Origin: Candidatus Deferrimicrobiaceae bacterium | GTDB taxonomy: Bacteria; Desulfobacterota; Deferrimicrobia; Deferrimicrobiales; Deferrimicrobiaceae | DNA length: 64,000 bases | Direction of reading: 5' to 3' | NCBI GenBank assembly: GCA_963792415.1 | Contig: CAWBVY010000004.1 | Span: 544,001-608,000, forward strand | Part shown: in pieces, positions 1 through 11,186 of the stretch | Numbering within the stretch: position 1 is the stretch's first letter | Layout: every line of letters begins with the position of its first letter | The notes under the pieces: model-generated | The model's input: only the letters and a program-made list of their open reading frames with translations | Database searches by the model: none | What the model was told of the DNA's origin: nothing | Translations under genes and position numbers: made by a program

Positions 1-49
1 CCCCGCCTGCACCGGATTCTCTTGGAAGCGGCGGGCCGGGCCTGAATCT

Positions 50-1940
50 TTGTGCGGCATCGCGGGATTCTGGAGGACGGAGGGAAGGGTCGGAGACGAC
101 CCGGCGGCAAACGCCGTCCGGATGGCGGAGGCGATGCGACTCCGAGGGCCGGACGATCAAGGCGTCTGGCTGTCAAATGATCGACGCATGGTCCTTTCCC
201 ACCGGAGACTGTCCATCCTGGACACCTCTTCCCGCGGTCATCAGCCGATGCTGTCCGCCGACGGCAGGCAGGTGATCGTATACAACGGTGAGATCTACAA
301 CTTCCTCGAACTACGGGCCGATCTCCAACGGGAGGGAGACCGGTTCATCACCGGGTCCGACACCGAGGTCATCCTCGCGGCGTACCGGCGATACGGGGTC
401 GATTGCCTGTGCCGCTTCAACGGGATGTTCGCCTTCGCGATCTGGGACGAGGAGGATCGAAGCCTTTTCCTCGCCCGCGACCGGTTCGGCGTCAAACCGC
501 TTCTTTACCATTGGCAGGGGGGATTATTCCTGTTCGCGTCGGAAATGAAGGCGATCAGGGCCTTCGACGGGCTGCCGACGCTGACCCTCAACGCTGCCGC
601 CATCCGGCGTTATTTCTACCTGACCTACCTGATGCCGCGGGACACGGTGTACAAGGAGATCTGTCAACTGGATGCGGGGAACTTTCTCGTAGTAAAGGAT
701 GGGAACTGCCGATGCGAGCGCTGGTACGATCTCGCTCCCTGCTTCTCGGTAAAAATGGATTCACAATTGGCGGGGATACAGTCGCTTCGGGAAACGATGG
801 AGGGAGCGGTTCGGGACCGGCTTGTGTCCGACGTCCCTTTGGGCGCTTTTCTGAGCGGTGGGGTCGATTCGAGCATCGTCGTCGGGTTGATGGCGAAAAA
901 CAGCCGCAAGCAGGTCAAGACCTTCACAGTGGGGTACAACGACGCACCTCTTTACGATGAATCCGGTTTTGCCCGGGAGGTGGCCCGCCATTTCGGGACG
1001 GAGCATTCGGAAATCCGCCTCTCTCTTCGTGATGCGCTCGCGGTCATCCCCGATGCGCTGGATTATCTCGATCAGCCGTTCGGGGATTCCTCCTGCATCC
1101 CGACGTACCTCATCTCCCGCGAAACCCGGAATGAAGTCACGGTGGCGCTGTCGGGGGATGGCGGCGACGAGGTGTTCGCCGGGTATTCGAAATACCAGGC
1201 GGAGGCCTACGTCCCAGTACTTCAGGATGGTTCCTGGCGTGGTATGGTCCTTTGTCCGCAAACTTCTTGCGAATGTCCCCGAAGGGCGACAATCGGGGCT
1301 CCATGAATATGTCCGGATCCTGAAAAAGTTCCTCCGTGCTGCCACAGTGGACCAGGTTTCGAGACACTGCTCCTTGATGTTCCCCTTGGAAGAACGGGAG
1401 GTTGCCTGCCTTGCAGGGGAGGCTGCCGCAAGGGAAATCCGTGGTTACGTAGCAGCCTTGATGGACAGGATCGAGACGGGGAACATAGACCGGGCTCTTT
1501 ATGCGGACATCAACCTTTGTCTTAAAGAGGACATGCTGAGGAAAGTGGATCTCATGGGGATGGCGAATTCCCTCGAAATCCGGAATCCGTACCTGGATTA
1601 CCGTGTCGTCGAACTGGCCGCACGCATGCCGGGCGAATGGAAGTTGAAGGGAACGGAACGGAAGCACATCTTGAAATCAGCATTCCGGGATTTTCTCCCA
1701 TCCGCAGTGCTCAATAGGAAGAAGTACGGATTCGGCATCCCCGTGGGGGAATGGCTCCGGCGCGACCTCAAAGGATTGTTTGAGGAGGTGGTGTCCAGGA
1801 AAAACGTGGAGCGGGTCGGCCTCCTAAAATACGACGTTGTTCGGGATGTGTACCAGCAACACCTCTCGGGACACCGGGACGCGACCCCGCTGCTATGGAG
1901 TGTCTTTGCCTTCCAATGGTGGGCGAACCGGTACCTGTGA
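50..1940 (+). pseudogene. asnB: Asparagine synthase (glutamine-hydrolyzing)-like amidotransferase, frameshifted near 1213 (may be an intact CDS with an assembly indel)
   Basis: MCGIAG N-terminus, RGPDDQG, LSHRRLSILD, FLSGGVDSS, LSGDGGDEVFAGY in ORF 50-1306. C-terminal half (LRKVDLMGMANSLEIRNPYLD, KKYGFGIP) continues in the frame ending 1940. Confidence 0.9.
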
Positions 1941-3100
1941 GCGTCGATCTCGTTTCCACTCCCTTCCCGCCGTCCGCCAAGGGACGGCGGATTCTCGTCC
2001 TCGCGGGGTTTGCCGAATCTCTGATCAACTTCCGGAAACCGCTTCTGGAGGCGTTCCGGGGAAAAGGTTTTGACGTATTCGCCCTCGCTCCGCCGGCCGA
2101 TCCCGAAATAGTGGAAGCATTGAACTGCATCGGGGTCGATTTTCGGCCGGTAAATTTTTCCCGGTCCGGAACGAGTCCCTTCGAGGACGCAAGATATTAC
2201 CTCGAATTGCGGAGCCGGATCCTGGAGATAAAACCGGACACGGTGTTCAGCTATACCATCAAGCCCGTGATCTACGGTTCCCTTGCCGCCCGTGCCTGCG
2301 GTGTGAAGCAGGTCGTTTCGATGATCACCGGGACTGGGTACGCCTTCCAGAAAGCCACGTGGAAGGGAAAGGCCGTCCATGCGATTGTTCGCCCCATGTA
2401 TCGGAAGGCCCTAACGTCCAACGACGTCGTGTTTTTCCAGAATCGGGACAATCTTGCTCTGTTCCGTGAAGAGGGGGTTCTCGGCGACCCCCGGAAAGCG
2501 ACGTTGATTCCAGGAACCGGCGTGGATCTGGCCCATTATGCTGCCGTTGCACCCTGGATCCGGCCCGTGACGTTCCTCCTGATCGCTCGCCTCCTGTACG
2601 ATAAGGGGATCCGCGAGTACGTCGAGGCGGCCCGATCGCTCAAGGAGGGGTACCACGAAGCGAGGTTCCGCCTCCTGGGTCCTCTTGATCCCAATCCGAT
2701 GGGAGTCCCGCGACGCCTCGTGGAAGAGTGGCAGCGGGAAGGGGTGATCGAATACCTTCCCGAGACCCGGGATGTGCGCCCGTTCCTTGCGGAAACCAGC
2801 GTCTATGTCCTTCCCTCCTACCACGAGGGGATCCCACGAACGGTGATGGAGGCGATGTCCATGGGGCGGCCCATCGTCACCACCGATGCCCCGGGATGTC
2901 GGGAGACGGTGGTCGAAGACAGGAACGGATATATTATTCCCGTCAAGGATTCGAGGGCTCTTTCTCAGGCGATGGAAAGATTTCTGATCGATCCGTCGTT
3001 GATCCCCGCGATGGGGCACCAGAGCCGGCGGCTCGCGGAAGAGCGCTTCGATGTGCGAAAGGTCAATACAGAAATTTTATCCCGCTTGGGGATTCTCTGA
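1937..3100 (+). CDS. Glycosyltransferase family 4 (PglA/CapM-like)
   Basis: GTG start overlaps asnB stop (GTGA). Motifs YTIKPVIYG, IARLLYDKGIREY, VLPSYHEGIPRTVMEAM, TTDAPGCRE. Confidence 0.9.
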   Translation: MSVDLVSTPFPPSAKGRRILVLAGFAESLINFRKPLLEAFRGKGFDVFALAPPADPEIVEALNCIGVDFRPVNFSRSGTSPFEDARYYLELRSRILEIKPDTVFSYTIKPVIYGSLAARACGVKQVVSMITGTGYAFQKATWKGKAVHAIVRPMYRKALTSNDVVFFQNRDNLALFREEGVLGDPRKATLIPGTGVDLAHYAAVAPWIRPVTFLLIARLLYDKGIREYVEAARSLKEGYHEARFRLLGPLDPNPMGVPRRLVEEWQREGVIEYLPETRDVRPFLAETSVYVLPSYHEGIPRTVMEAMSMGRPIVTTDAPGCRETVVEDRNGYIIPVKDSRALSQAMERFLIDPSLIPAMGHQSRRLAEERFDVRKVNTEILSRLGIL

Positions 3101-3123
3101 CGGTCGATGCTGGACAAGCGGAT

Positions 3124-3753
3124 ATGTATCCGTTCCTGAAACGGCTCCTGGATGTCCTGTTTTCGGGAGTCTTGATTCTCCTGTTGCTTCCCATCGGGAT
3201 CGTATTGACCCTTCTTGTCCGGTGGAGGATGGGGTCCCCCATTCTGTTCTTTCAGGACCGTCCCGGTTTGAAAGGGCATCTCTTCCGGTTGTACAAGTTT
3301 AGGACAATGCGCGATGTGGCAGGTGCCGAGGGGAAACCCTTGGAGGATGCGGAACGGCTGACGTCGTTGGGTCGCTGGATGAGAAAGTGGAGCCTGGACG
3401 AACTTCCGGAGTTGTACAACGTCCTGATCGGGGATATGAGTCTTGTCGGGCCCCGTCCGCTCCTTCCCCAATATCTGGGTCGCTACACTGCGGAGCAGGC
3501 CCGTCGCCACGAGGTGAAACCGGGCCTGACCGGTTGGGCGCAGGTCAACGGGCGGAACGCGATCACTTGGGAGGAAAAATTCGTCCTGGACGTCTGGTAC
3601 GTAGACAATCGATCTTTCTGGCTGGATCTGAAAATTCTGGCCATGACTGCATTGAAGGTACTGCGGCGGGAAGGGATCAGCGCCGAGGGGGAGGCGACGA
3701 TGCCGGAGTTCATGGGAACTGTCTCCACTAGCGGAAAATCCGAAAATGCCTGA
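3124..3753 (+). CDS. Priming phosphoglycosyl transferase (PglC/EpsL-like sugar transferase)
   Basis: KRLLD...YKFRTM...SLDELPEL...GDMSLVGPRP...KPGLTGWAQVNGRN motifs; ATG at 3124. Confidence 0.92.
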   Translation: MYPFLKRLLDVLFSGVLILLLLPIGIVLTLLVRWRMGSPILFFQDRPGLKGHLFRLYKFRTMRDVAGAEGKPLEDAERLTSLGRWMRKWSLDELPELYNVLIGDMSLVGPRPLLPQYLGRYTAEQARRHEVKPGLTGWAQVNGRNAITWEEKFVLDVWYVDNRSFWLDLKILAMTALKVLRREGISAEGEATMPEFMGTVSTSGKSENA

Positions 3754-4397
3754 ACGATTCGCGGTCGTTGGCGCAGGTGGCCACGCCAAGGTGGTGCTGG
3801 ATGCGTTGCTTGCTTCTGGGCATGAAGTACTGGGGGTCTACGACGACAATCCGGCATTGCTGGGGGTGGAACCGATACCGGGCGTGAAAGTACTGGGTGA
3901 CGCGAAGGATTCGCTGAAAGTATTGGAGAAGGGGGAAGGCTTGGTGATCCTCGCGATCGGCGAGAACCGTGTACGCTAGCCGGTTGTCGCGACGGTTTTC
4001 CGTTCCGTATGGTGTTGCGTGTGCTCCCTCCACGGTGCTCGGTCGCGGCGTCCGGATCGGGAAAGGAAGCATGATCCTTCCGTCTGTGACGGTGAACATC
4101 GATACCGTTATCGGGGAGCATGTGATCCTGAACACGTCCTGTTCCGTTGACCATGACTGTGTTATCGGCGATTTCGTCCACATTGCTCCCGGAGCCCATC
4201 TTGGAGGGGGAGTGGCTGTAGGGGAGGGTACTTTCCTCGGGCTTGGGTCGAGCGTGATTCCGGGAATCCGCATCGGCCGGTGGTCCGTGATCGGCGCCGG
4301 CGCCGTCGTCACGAAGGACCTTCCCGATAACTGCACGGCCGTCGGTGTCCCGGCCAAGGTCATCAAGACCCGGGAGGAAGGTTGGCACCTGGCATGA
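3746..4397 (+). pseudogene. PglD/NeuD-family sugar acetyltransferase, frameshifted near 3977
   Basis: GAGGHAKVV N-terminus (3746-3979). Hexapeptide repeats VDHDCVIGDFVHIAPG and GVPAK continue in the next frame to 4397. Confidence 0.88.
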
Positions 4398-5540
4398 CGC
4401 GTCCGCCGCCTGCCGAAGCGGATCTACCTATCCCCCCCCCACATGGGGGCAACTGAGCGGGAACTACTGCTCGACGCCTTCGACTCGAACTGGATCGCCC
4501 CGATCGGGCCCCACGTGGACGCCTTCGAGCGGGAGTTCTGCGAAACCGTCGGGGTATCCTGCGCCGTGGCCCTTTCCAGCGGGACGGCGGCTCTCCACCT
4601 GGCGCTGCTGTTGCTAAGCGTCGGCCCAGGGGACGAGGTCATCGTCTCCACTTTCACGTTCGCGACGACGGCGAACGCCGTCATGTACATGGGGGCAACA
4701 CCGGTCTTCATCGACAGCGATCCGATCAACTGGAACATGGACCCCGGCCTGCTGAGGGAGGAACTTGAATCTGCCGCGAAGCGGAGAAAGCTTCCCAAAG
4801 CGGTGATCGTGGTCGACCTGTACGGCCAGTGCGCGGATTACGGCCCGATCATTGAGGTGTGCGAGAGGTATGGGGTGCCGGTGGTGGAGGACGCTGCCGA
4901 GGCGCTCGGGTCTACCTACAAGGGGAGGCCCGCAGGATCCTTCGGCGCGGTGGCCACCTTCTCGTTCAATGGGAACAAGATCATTACGACTTCGGGTGGA
5001 GGAATGCTCGTTTCAATGGATGCGGGAATGGTCGAGCGGGCCCGGCACCTGGCGACGCAGGCGAAGGATCCCGCTCCGCACTATCAACATTCCAAAATCG
5101 GGTACAACTACCGTTTAAGCAATCTTCTGGCAGCCGTGGGCCGTGGACAGTTGCGGGTTCTGAAGGACAGGGTGTCGAGAAAGCGGGAAATCTTCCAGTT
5201 CTATCAGCGTGCTTTCGCTGATCTTCCCGGCGTCTCCTTCATGCCGATCGCAGGTTACGGGGAGCCGAATTATTGGCTGACATGCATCCTGGTCGATCCG
5301 GTCGGGTTCGGAGCGACGAGGGAAGACATCCGGCAGGCACTGGAAAAGGAGAACATCGAGTCCCGACCTCTCTGGAAGCCAATGCACCTGCAACCTGTTT
5401 ACAAGGATTGCAGAGTGAGAAGCGGATCGGTTTCCGAAGGGATCTTCCGGGATGGCCTGTGTCTTCCCAGCGGGACGGCGCTGACGGATGGGGAACTTCG
5501 GCGGATTGCAGGGATTATTCGGGCCGCCTGCAGGGGATAG
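4394..5540 (+). CDS. DegT/DnrJ/EryC1/StrS aminotransferase (PglE/EpsN-like); start uncertain (ATG 4394 with an indel, CTG 4410 or ATG 4443)
   Basis: KRIYLSPPHMG, SSGTAALHLAL, EDAAEALGS, SFNGNKIITTSGGG, GYNYRLSN motifs. Confidence 0.9.
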
Positions 5541-5625
5541 ATTGATTTAATATTGTGTCTTGTCCTTCCGATCATCCTCGAACAGGATGAATCCTTGATA
5601 ATGCCGAAAGTCGCATAGGAGCCTC

Positions 5626-7644
5626 ATGGACCTTCGCGAAAAAATTGCCAGGTGGTCGTCCCCGCTTCTGGGTGCCTTGCTCCGGAGCAGGACCACGGTG
5701 AAGTTTTTCCTGACCCTCGGGATCTTCATCTCCGCCCACTACCTTGCCTACCTGATCCGGTTCGAATTCGACGTGCCGCCGGAGACGGTCGTCGTGATGT
5801 GGCGGACGATCCCGGTCCTGGTGCTCGCGAAGGCGTTCGGGTTCCTTGTCTTCGGGCAGTTCAGCGGCTGGTGGCGGTACGTGTCGATCAAGGACGTGCT
5901 GCCGATCGCGGCCGGTTCCGCGCTCGGGTCGGTTCTCTTCGCGGCGGGCGTCTGGTGGTTGTGGGGACCGTCCCATGTGCCGAGGTCGATCTACGTGCTG
6001 GATTGGGTGAACGCGATGTTGCTGGTCCTCGGGATCCGGTACCTCATCCGCATGGGAAGGGAAGGGCTGGGAAGAAGAAGACATGTGACGGAGCGGCGCG
6101 TCCTGATCGTCGGGGCGGGCGCGGCCGGTCAGATAATCGCGAGGGAGATCGCCGAGAACGTATCCCTGGAGATGGAGCAGGTGGGGTTCATCGACGACGA
6201 CCCCGCCAAGATCGGCACGCGGATCCACGGGGTGAAAGTGCTGGGGGGCCACGGGGTGATCGCCGACATCTGCCGGAAATACGACGTCAACGAGATCATC
6301 ATCGCGATCCCGTCCTCTCCGGCGGCGGTGATTCGTCACATCGTGGAGCATTGCCGCGACGTGACCGCCACGGTCCAGATCCTTCCCCGCATCGGCGACC
6401 TGATCGGCGGCAAGGTGAGCGTCGATGCGCTGCGGAAAGTGGACCTCGAGGACCTGCTGGGTCGCGACCCGGTGGAGCTCGACACGGCGCTTCTGAGCCG
6501 CCGCATCACGGGACACACGGTGATGGTGACCGGTGCGGCGGGGTCCATCGGGTCGGAGCTGTGCCGGCAGATCGCCCGCCTTTCGCCCTCCCGGCTGGTG
6601 ATGTTCGAGATCGCGGAAAGTCCCTTGTTCGACTTCGAGATGGAGATGCGGGAAACGTTCCCGACGGTGAACGTGGTCGCCGTGATCGGCGACGTGAGGG
6701 ACCGCGCGCGGGTCGAAGAGACCGTCCGGATGTATCGGCCGTCCGTCGTGTACCATGCGGCGGCGTACAAGCACGTGCCCATGATGGAGATGCACCCCGT
6801 GGAAGCCGTGAAGACGAACGTGTTGGGAACGCGGATCGTCGCCGAGGCGGCGGCGAAGTTCGGGGTGGAGCGGTTCGTCCTCGTTTCGACCGACAAGGCG
6901 GTGCGCCCGACGAACGTGATGGGGGCGACGAAGCGTCTGGCCGAGCTGGTCATCCACAACATGAACGGGACGGCCCGCAAGACCGTGTTCGTCGCGGTTC
7001 GGTTCGGCAACGTCCTTGGGAGCGCCGGGAGCGTGATCCCGATCTTCCGGAGGCAGCTGGAGACCACGGGGAAGCTGACCGTGACCCACCCCGAGGCATC
7101 CCGCTACTTCATGCTGGTTTCCGAGGCGGCGGGGCTGATCCTGCAGGCGGGGGCGATGGGGGAGGGCGGCGAGGTGTTCGTCCTCGAGATGGGCAAACCA
7201 TTGAAGATCGTCGACCTGGCGGAAAACCTGATCCGCCTCTCCGGGAAAGAGCTGGGCGTGGACGCCGAGATCGTGTTCATCGGCCTGCGCCCCGGCGAGA
7301 AACTGCACGAGGAGCTGATCGTGGAGGGAGAGGATGTCACGCGCACGAGCCACCCCAAGGTGTTGAAGCTGATCGGCAACGAGAGGATGCCCCCCTTCTG
7401 GGCGAAGCAGCTGGAGGAGTTGATCCTGTGCGCCATCGCCGGGGGCCATTCCGGCGTCGTCGAGCGGCTGGACGCCCTGGTGAAAGGGTACCGCCCGGAT
7501 TACGAATTTCACGGCGCCGTCGTCCCCCCGGGCGCCGCCGTCGCCAACGTCGCAAATGCCTCTGTCAGCGCACCTTCCCCCGTACCTCCCCCCGAAGGCG
7601 ACCTCCCGCCGGACTCCGTCTCCCCCTCCAAGTCCATCCACTAA
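5626..7644 (+). CDS. Membrane-bound UDP-GlcNAc 4,6-dehydratase (PglF/CapD/WbpM family)
   Basis: N-terminal TM helices; GAGAAG, VTGAAGSIGSELCRQ, HAAAYKHVP, STDKAVRPTNVMGATKR, RFGNVLGS, GLRPGEKLHEEL. Confidence 0.95.
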   Translation: MDLREKIARWSSPLLGALLRSRTTVKFFLTLGIFISAHYLAYLIRFEFDVPPETVVVMWRTIPVLVLAKAFGFLVFGQFSGWWRYVSIKDVLPIAAGSALGSVLFAAGVWWLWGPSHVPRSIYVLDWVNAMLLVLGIRYLIRMGREGLGRRRHVTERRVLIVGAGAAGQIIAREIAENVSLEMEQVGFIDDDPAKIGTRIHGVKVLGGHGVIADICRKYDVNEIIIAIPSSPAAVIRHIVEHCRDVTATVQILPRIGDLIGGKVSVDALRKVDLEDLLGRDPVELDTALLSRRITGHTVMVTGAAGSIGSELCRQIARLSPSRLVMFEIAESPLFDFEMEMRETFPTVNVVAVIGDVRDRARVEETVRMYRPSVVYHAAAYKHVPMMEMHPVEAVKTNVLGTRIVAEAAAKFGVERFVLVSTDKAVRPTNVMGATKRLAELVIHNMNGTARKTVFVAVRFGNVLGSAGSVIPIFRRQLETTGKLTVTHPEASRYFMLVSEAAGLILQAGAMGEGGEVFVLEMGKPLKIVDLAENLIRLSGKELGVDAEIVFIGLRPGEKLHEELIVEGEDVTRTSHPKVLKLIGNERMPPFWAKQLEELILCAIAGGHSGVVERLDALVKGYRPDYEFHGAVVPPGAAVANVANASVSAPSPVPPPEGDLPPDSVSPSKSIH

Positions 7645-7695
7645 GCCCCTTCCATAACCCCGGACAGAGTCTTAAGAGGACCCCCAGTTCCGGGG

Positions 7696-8260
7696 TCAGC
7701 GGGGCCAGAACGTCTCGACCAGCCCCACCTTCCAACCGCTGTCTTCAAGGAACATTTTCAGCGTCGCCGGGTGGTCCGCGCCACGGTAGGTGAGGAGGAT
7801 CTCCGCGCGGTCCTTTTCCACGGAGCCGATCTCCCAGCGGCTATGCTCCAGGGCGATGTCCGGGTCGAAGCGGCGGAGGAAGGCGTCCCAGTAATCGCGC
7901 GCGATCGGCCCGCCCGCGATGAAATCGGAGCGGACCGCCTCGGGGCCGGGTGGGGGATCCTTCGCGGGGACGGTCGGGGCATCGACCGCGGTCGGCTCCC
8001 CCGGGCCCGCCTGCTTTCCCGCCGCGGCAAGGGCGGATGTCGTCTCCAGGACGATCGTCTCCCGGGATTTCGCGCTGAGCGCGGCGAAGATCGCCGGGTA
8101 GTCGCGAACTTTCATCGACTGGAAGAGGGATTCCGCGCGGTCGAGGATCGCGGGGACGGCGGGATGGTCTTCGGGGGAGGCGGCGGACGCGGGATGAGAA
8201 TGGAACATCAATACGGCAAAGAGAAAACCAATAGACTAGCGGAACCGGTATGCGGTTCAA
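7696..8260 (-). CDS. Hypothetical secreted protein; probable TTG start at 8260 with an indel near 8235, otherwise starts at 8211
   Basis: ORF 7696-8211 follows the 113-aa gene in the same orientation. A signal-peptide-like segment (IGFLFAVLMFHSHPASA) is split across frames. Confidence 0.6.
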
Positions 8261-8282
8261 TCGATCGGCGAGCGGCCTGCGG

Positions 8283-8624
8283 TCAGGGGTGGGATGGGGT
8301 CGACGACCCGCTGTCTCCGCCTCCACCACCGCCGGCGGCGACCGCGACCCCGATGACCACGGCCGTCCCGGCGGCGATCCACCCGATCGTTCCCGCGGAC
8401 ATCCCGGCGTAGGTCTTCGTGCCTGCGGCATCCCCCGCCTGGGCCGCTCCGTCCGGGGCCGGCGTCGGCTCCACGCCGGGCTCGGTCGGCTTTTTCGGCC
8501 ACGTTTCCCACGTGTCGGCCGCCACCGCGCTGGAAACGGTCCCGATGCCCACGAAGAGGAAACAGGCGGCGCAAAGGATCGCGACGGCGGATTTCACTTT
8601 CGACCGGAGACGGGTTCCGCGCAT
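8283..8624 (-). CDS. Small secreted protein with C-terminal hydrophobic helix and Gly/Ser tail (YjbE/GfcA-like)
   Basis: Signal peptide, Pro/Ala linker, GWIAAGTAVVIGVAVAAGGGGGGDSGSST tail; G-rich RBS; immediately downstream of the yjbH-like gene. Confidence 0.7.
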   Translation of the reverse strand: MRGTRLRSKVKSAVAILCAACFLFVGIGTVSSAVAADTWETWPKKPTEPGVEPTPAPDGAAQAGDAAGTKTYAGMSAGTIGWIAAGTAVVIGVAVAAGGGGGGDSGSSTPSHP

Positions 8625-8650
8625 GCCTACCCCCTATTGGAAACGCCGTG

Positions 8651-11060
8651 TCATCTCGCGCCACGATACGTCGATCCCTGGTCCCTGTCAAGGAGCACGC
8701 CGGCGTTGCGGCCGATCCAGTCGAAGAGCGGCAGGTACCGGTTGATGTCCTGCGCGACGTCGCGCGTCCACGGAACCAGGCTGAAGCGGTACGCCGTCTC
8801 CGAGTCGCGCCCGGCGAAGAGGCGGATGGGGATGGTCACGGAGATCCCCTTGTCGTGGTACCCCTGGTTGTACGGATCCGAGAAGACGTCGGTGTCGGTG
8901 GCGCTGTACCAGGCGGACAGGGTGACGCCGCGGATGAATTTCGATACCTCCACCCGCACCCCGGTGTCGCCGGCGAGGAACCGCCCCCACTTGACGTCGA
9001 TCGCCGTGTCGATCTCCGGCACGTTCAGCCGCCCCAGGAGCAGCGCCGTGTGGTAGTTCCCGGTGTCGAGGAACCCGAACGGGTCGTCGGGCGCCCGCTT
9101 CCGGACGAGACTTCCCGACGCCCCCGCGAGGATCCTGCCGTTCCACAACGGAAGCGCGGCCTCGGCGTCGACGCCGCCGAACATCGTCTCCAGCATCCCC
9201 GCCTCCGCGCGGAAGTAGGCCGGCTCCCGCGTCCCGACGATCTGGTCGAAGAGCAGGCGGGAGAGGGATGCCTTCTCTCCCATATACTCCGCCAGGTCGC
9301 TGCGGATGGGGATGGAAAGCGGCGCGTTCGAGGTGGAGATGTTGTTCAGGGGGTACCCCTCGACGCCGAGGAGCGCGGTCCCGCCGCGCCACGGGAACGC
9401 GCTGACCGAGCCGGCCACCCCGACGCGGTACTTGACGGAAGCCGGAAGGGTCGTTGAGGAACACATCGAACGACGGCTCGAGGCTGTAGTCGAACCACCG
9501 GCGGTGCGTTGTGGGGCGGAGCGGCGCGTCGAAGTTCGCCGAGCGGAAACCGGCGGCGGCGCGGATCCGTTCTGTGAGAAGGAAGCCGCTGCCCGCCTCG
9601 GAGAGCACGGAGGCCGTTACGGCGGCCTCGGCCACCGGGATCCCGTTCTCCTTCAGTTGCACCCGGACGTACTCGACGTTCGGCGGGACGAACGGGGCGA
9701 TGGTGGCGAGGAGCACCTCGACGGCGCGGGGCGCGAAGAAGTACCGGTCGTTCTCCGCGTCGACCCGCAAGGTGAACCCGTCGTCCGAAACGGCGATGTC
9801 GCTGAAGCCGACGTCCGCGAGGGCGAAGGCGATCCGGTCCTGGAGCGGCGAGCGGGACGCCTCGACGGTCTCCCGGTACGGTTCGTCGCGGATCGGGACC
9901 ATCGGGCGGCCGATGTCGAAGGCGACCGAGGCGCTGACGCCGAGCTCTTCCCCCCGCTGCCAGCTCGCGTCGATTTCCAGCCATTTCAGCGGTTTCAGGC
10001 GGGCGCCGAAATTGAACGGGGAGCGGACGGCGGTCTGGAAATATTTCGGCTGGGCCGGGTCGTTCGTCTGGCGCTCGTAGCGGATCGGGCTGTACTCCGC
10101 GAGGAGCGAGAGCCACGGCGTCGGGGCGTACTGGATGCCGCCGAACGGGAGGGCCTCGGCCGCCCACTTCGCCGGGTCGGTGAACATCTCGACCTTGAAC
10201 CCTTCCCCCTGCGCGGGGAGTGGCGCGGTGCCGAGGCGGCCGTTGCCGAAGCCGAGCGAGAGGTCGACGTCCAGCGAGGGGATCCGCTTGCTCGCGACGA
10301 TCGACTGGGAGGCGTAGATGCGCGTCCCGTGCGGGTCGGAGATCACGATGGCGACGGCGGGCAAGGTCTTCCCTTCCTTCAGGAGGAGGAACTTCGCGTC
10401 GAACGCCTTGTCCTTGAAGTTGCCGTAGGAGTCGTTGTTGTCGTTGAAGCCGGGCACCCCGATCACCTCGGTGACCCGCCCGTTCACCTCGATCCGGTCG
10501 AACAGGCCGACGGTGCCGTAGTAGTACCGGTACGGGTGGACCTGCGTGGCGCCGAGGCGGTACCGGTTCTCCGGCATCAGCCGCGCCGTGGGGGTTTCGA
10601 AGAGGCCGGTCACGCCGAAGTTGTTCGGACGGGTGAACGGCTCGTAGCCGGCGGAGCCGGGGCGCTTCCTGGGCGGGGCCCCCGGCGTCCGCGCCGGGAT
10701 CCGGAGCACGTCGCCGTCCGCAAGAGGCAGGTCCTCGGGGCTTCCCTTCAGCAGCCGCGGATGGGAGAGCGGGGCGGCCACGGGATTCGCGGATTCCCGC
10801 GTCAGGGTCGCAGCGGCGAGGTCCGCGTTGTCGGTATATCCGCCGGCGGCGACGACCAGGGTGGAGAGCGTCGCATTGCGGGGGAGCGTGTAGCTGCCGG
10901 GGCGCCGGACGGCTCCCTCCACGGCGACTGTGACCGGAGGCGGCCCCCCGATCGCGAGGACGGTCCCCGGAAGAATCGCCGTCCATGCGGCTCCCAGGAG
11001 GACACAGGAGGCGATCCACGCACAACGGCGACGGGGGACGCTTCGGAGGGTGCAGGGCAT
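8651..11060 (-). pseudogene. SLBB domain + YjbH/GfcD-family outer membrane polysaccharide export protein, frameshifted near 9440
   Basis: Signal peptide, SLBB (VAVEGAVRRPGSY...AGG), YjbH motifs (GVTGLFETPTARLM, KDKAFDAK, AGMLETMFGG, GRFLAGDTG, YHDKGISVTIP, PWTRDVAQ) split over two frames. Confidence 0.85.
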
Positions 11061-11186
11061 CCTCGAAGTATACCCCGGTGTCCGCCGGTTTCGTTTCCGG
11101 ACTTCCCGCACGCTGAAGTTTAAGGTATTCTCAGCCGATTAGCATACTTGGAATCATCAGACACTTGAAATGACGGGGGTTGGGGG

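Noticed and set aside
4432-4440. C9 homopolymer as a phase-variation tract
   Set aside because: It encodes the family-typical Ser-Pro-Pro-His motif in frame; nothing indicates switching.
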